Source of the DNA: Candidatus Poriferihabitaceae bacterium
GTDB taxonomy: Bacteria; Pseudomonadota; Gammaproteobacteria; Arenicellales; Poriferihabitantaceae
Assembly: GCA_965204165.1 (NCBI GenBank)
Contig: OZ241969.1
Coordinates: 771,461-835,460 of the forward strand
Reading direction: 5' to 3'
DNA: 64,000 bases
Shown here: piece after piece, positions 63,274-64,000 of the stretch
Numbering within the stretch: position 1 is the first letter of the stretch
How the letters are laid out: every line of letters begins with the position of its first letter
Notes under the pieces: generated by a model
Told to the model about the DNA's origin: nothing
What the model saw: only the letters and a program-made list of their open reading frames with translations
Database searches by the model: none
Program-made: the position numbers and the translations under genes

Positions 63274-64000
63274 ATGAATGATCGTCCAATAGTGATCCTG
63301 CATGGATGGAGCGATATCTCTTCTTCATTCGAACCGCTCGGGAAATTGTTACGTGCGAAGCTGAATAATCGGAACATCTCAATTATTCACTTGGCCGATT
63401 ATCTGACTATGGAAGACGAGATTCGATTTGACGATATCGTTACCGCAATGGAAACTGCTTGGAGAAAAAACAATCTACCAACTTCCAATGGAGGCGTTGA
63501 CGCAATCGTGCACAGCACCGGCGGACTGGTGATACGAGACTGGCTTCAACGAAACTATGCACCAAATAATGCCCCAATAAAAAACCTAGTGATGCTTGCG
63601 CCAGCGAACTTCGGTTCACCGCTTGCACATAAGGGGAGGTCACTAATTGGACGTGTTTGGAAGGGATTTATCACTAAACGACCGAAAGGGGCAGCGTTCG
63701 AGACAGGTAAACACATTCTCAAGGGGCTTGAACTTGCAAGCCCGTACACTTGGGAATTGGCAGAACGCGACCGTTTCGGAGACGGAGGAGAGATGTACAG
63801 CCCAGGCAATGTGCTTTGCACAGTGTTGGTTGGTCAGAATGCTGGAAACGCCTCGAACGCCATCGCGAATGAGGATGGTTGGGATGGCACCGTTCGCGTA
63901 GCAACGGCCAATATGGATTGCGCACGAATAAAGGTAGTCATTCCCGGTATTGAATCTGAAACCAATGCGAGTGTCATCAGTCTCGAGATGTCGTCTGGTA
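63274..64000 (+). CDS. Alpha/beta hydrolase (lipase/esterase-like), partial at the window edge
   Basis: My own translation from ATG 63274, with GGAGGA upstream: MNDRPIVILHGWSDISSSFEPLG...GVDAIVHSTGGLVIRDWL (GxSxG-type HSTGG) ...MLAPANFGSPLA...EDGWDGTVRVATANM.. It is not in the ORF track because it is open at the edge. Confidence 0.65.
   Translation, partial: MNDRPIVILHGWSDISSSFEPLGKLLRAKLNNRNISIIHLADYLTMEDEIRFDDIVTAMETAWRKNNLPTSNGGVDAIVHSTGGLVIRDWLQRNYAPNNAPIKNLVMLAPANFGSPLAHKGRSLIGRVWKGFITKRPKGAAFETGKHILKGLELASPYTWELAERDRFGDGGEMYSPGNVLCTVLVGQNAGNASNAIANEDGWDGTVRVATANMDCARIKVVIPGIESETNASVISLEMSSG

Overview
High-GC proteobacterial DNA; all GC statements here are by eye, not computed. The left ~7.3 kb looks like chromosomal backbone. 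It holds a fused two-module narK with an FNR-type box, a SAM-methyltransferase/HNH fusion, an orphan DUF2384-type antitoxin, a class-V aminotransferase, a small HlyU-family protein and a 5'-truncated sfsA. From ~7355 to the right edge the window is a mosaic accessory region. It contains two tandem pairs of P4-type tyrosine integrases, each pair bracketed by short direct repeats, plus a Cre-like recombinase and a four-gene large-serine-recombinase element. Cargo includes a Mug/UDG-family-2 glycosylase fusion and a DavB/IaaM-type flavin monooxygenase with a Pot-like ABC importer. There is also a ~13 kb block of minus-strand genes (ssb, DUF2493, a zinc-ribbon repeat protein, small TM proteins, a protein ending in an SSB-like acidic tail) that resembles a conjugative-element leading region, and a cluster of three TbpB-like surface lipoproteins. 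At least ten IS copies or fragments are present: IS66-like with a Dam-like ORF, Tn5-like IS4, an IS4/IS5-like copy plus a remnant, IS110, three nested IS21 copies, another IS4-like element and an IS1634-like element. Four IS insertions are delimited to the base by target-site duplications. Two interrupted genes re-join in frame on paper: a 93-aa gene across an IS4 insertion and a zinc-ribbon gene across the serine-recombinase element. The last ~2.2 kb is visibly lower in GC and carries a truncated non-specific endonuclease and a partial alpha/beta hydrolase. I saw no rRNA, no intact tRNA and no CRISPR array. Most long ORFs in the six-frame track are antisense or out-of-frame shadows typical of high-GC DNA. 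All family assignments come from motif recognition by eye and need database confirmation.
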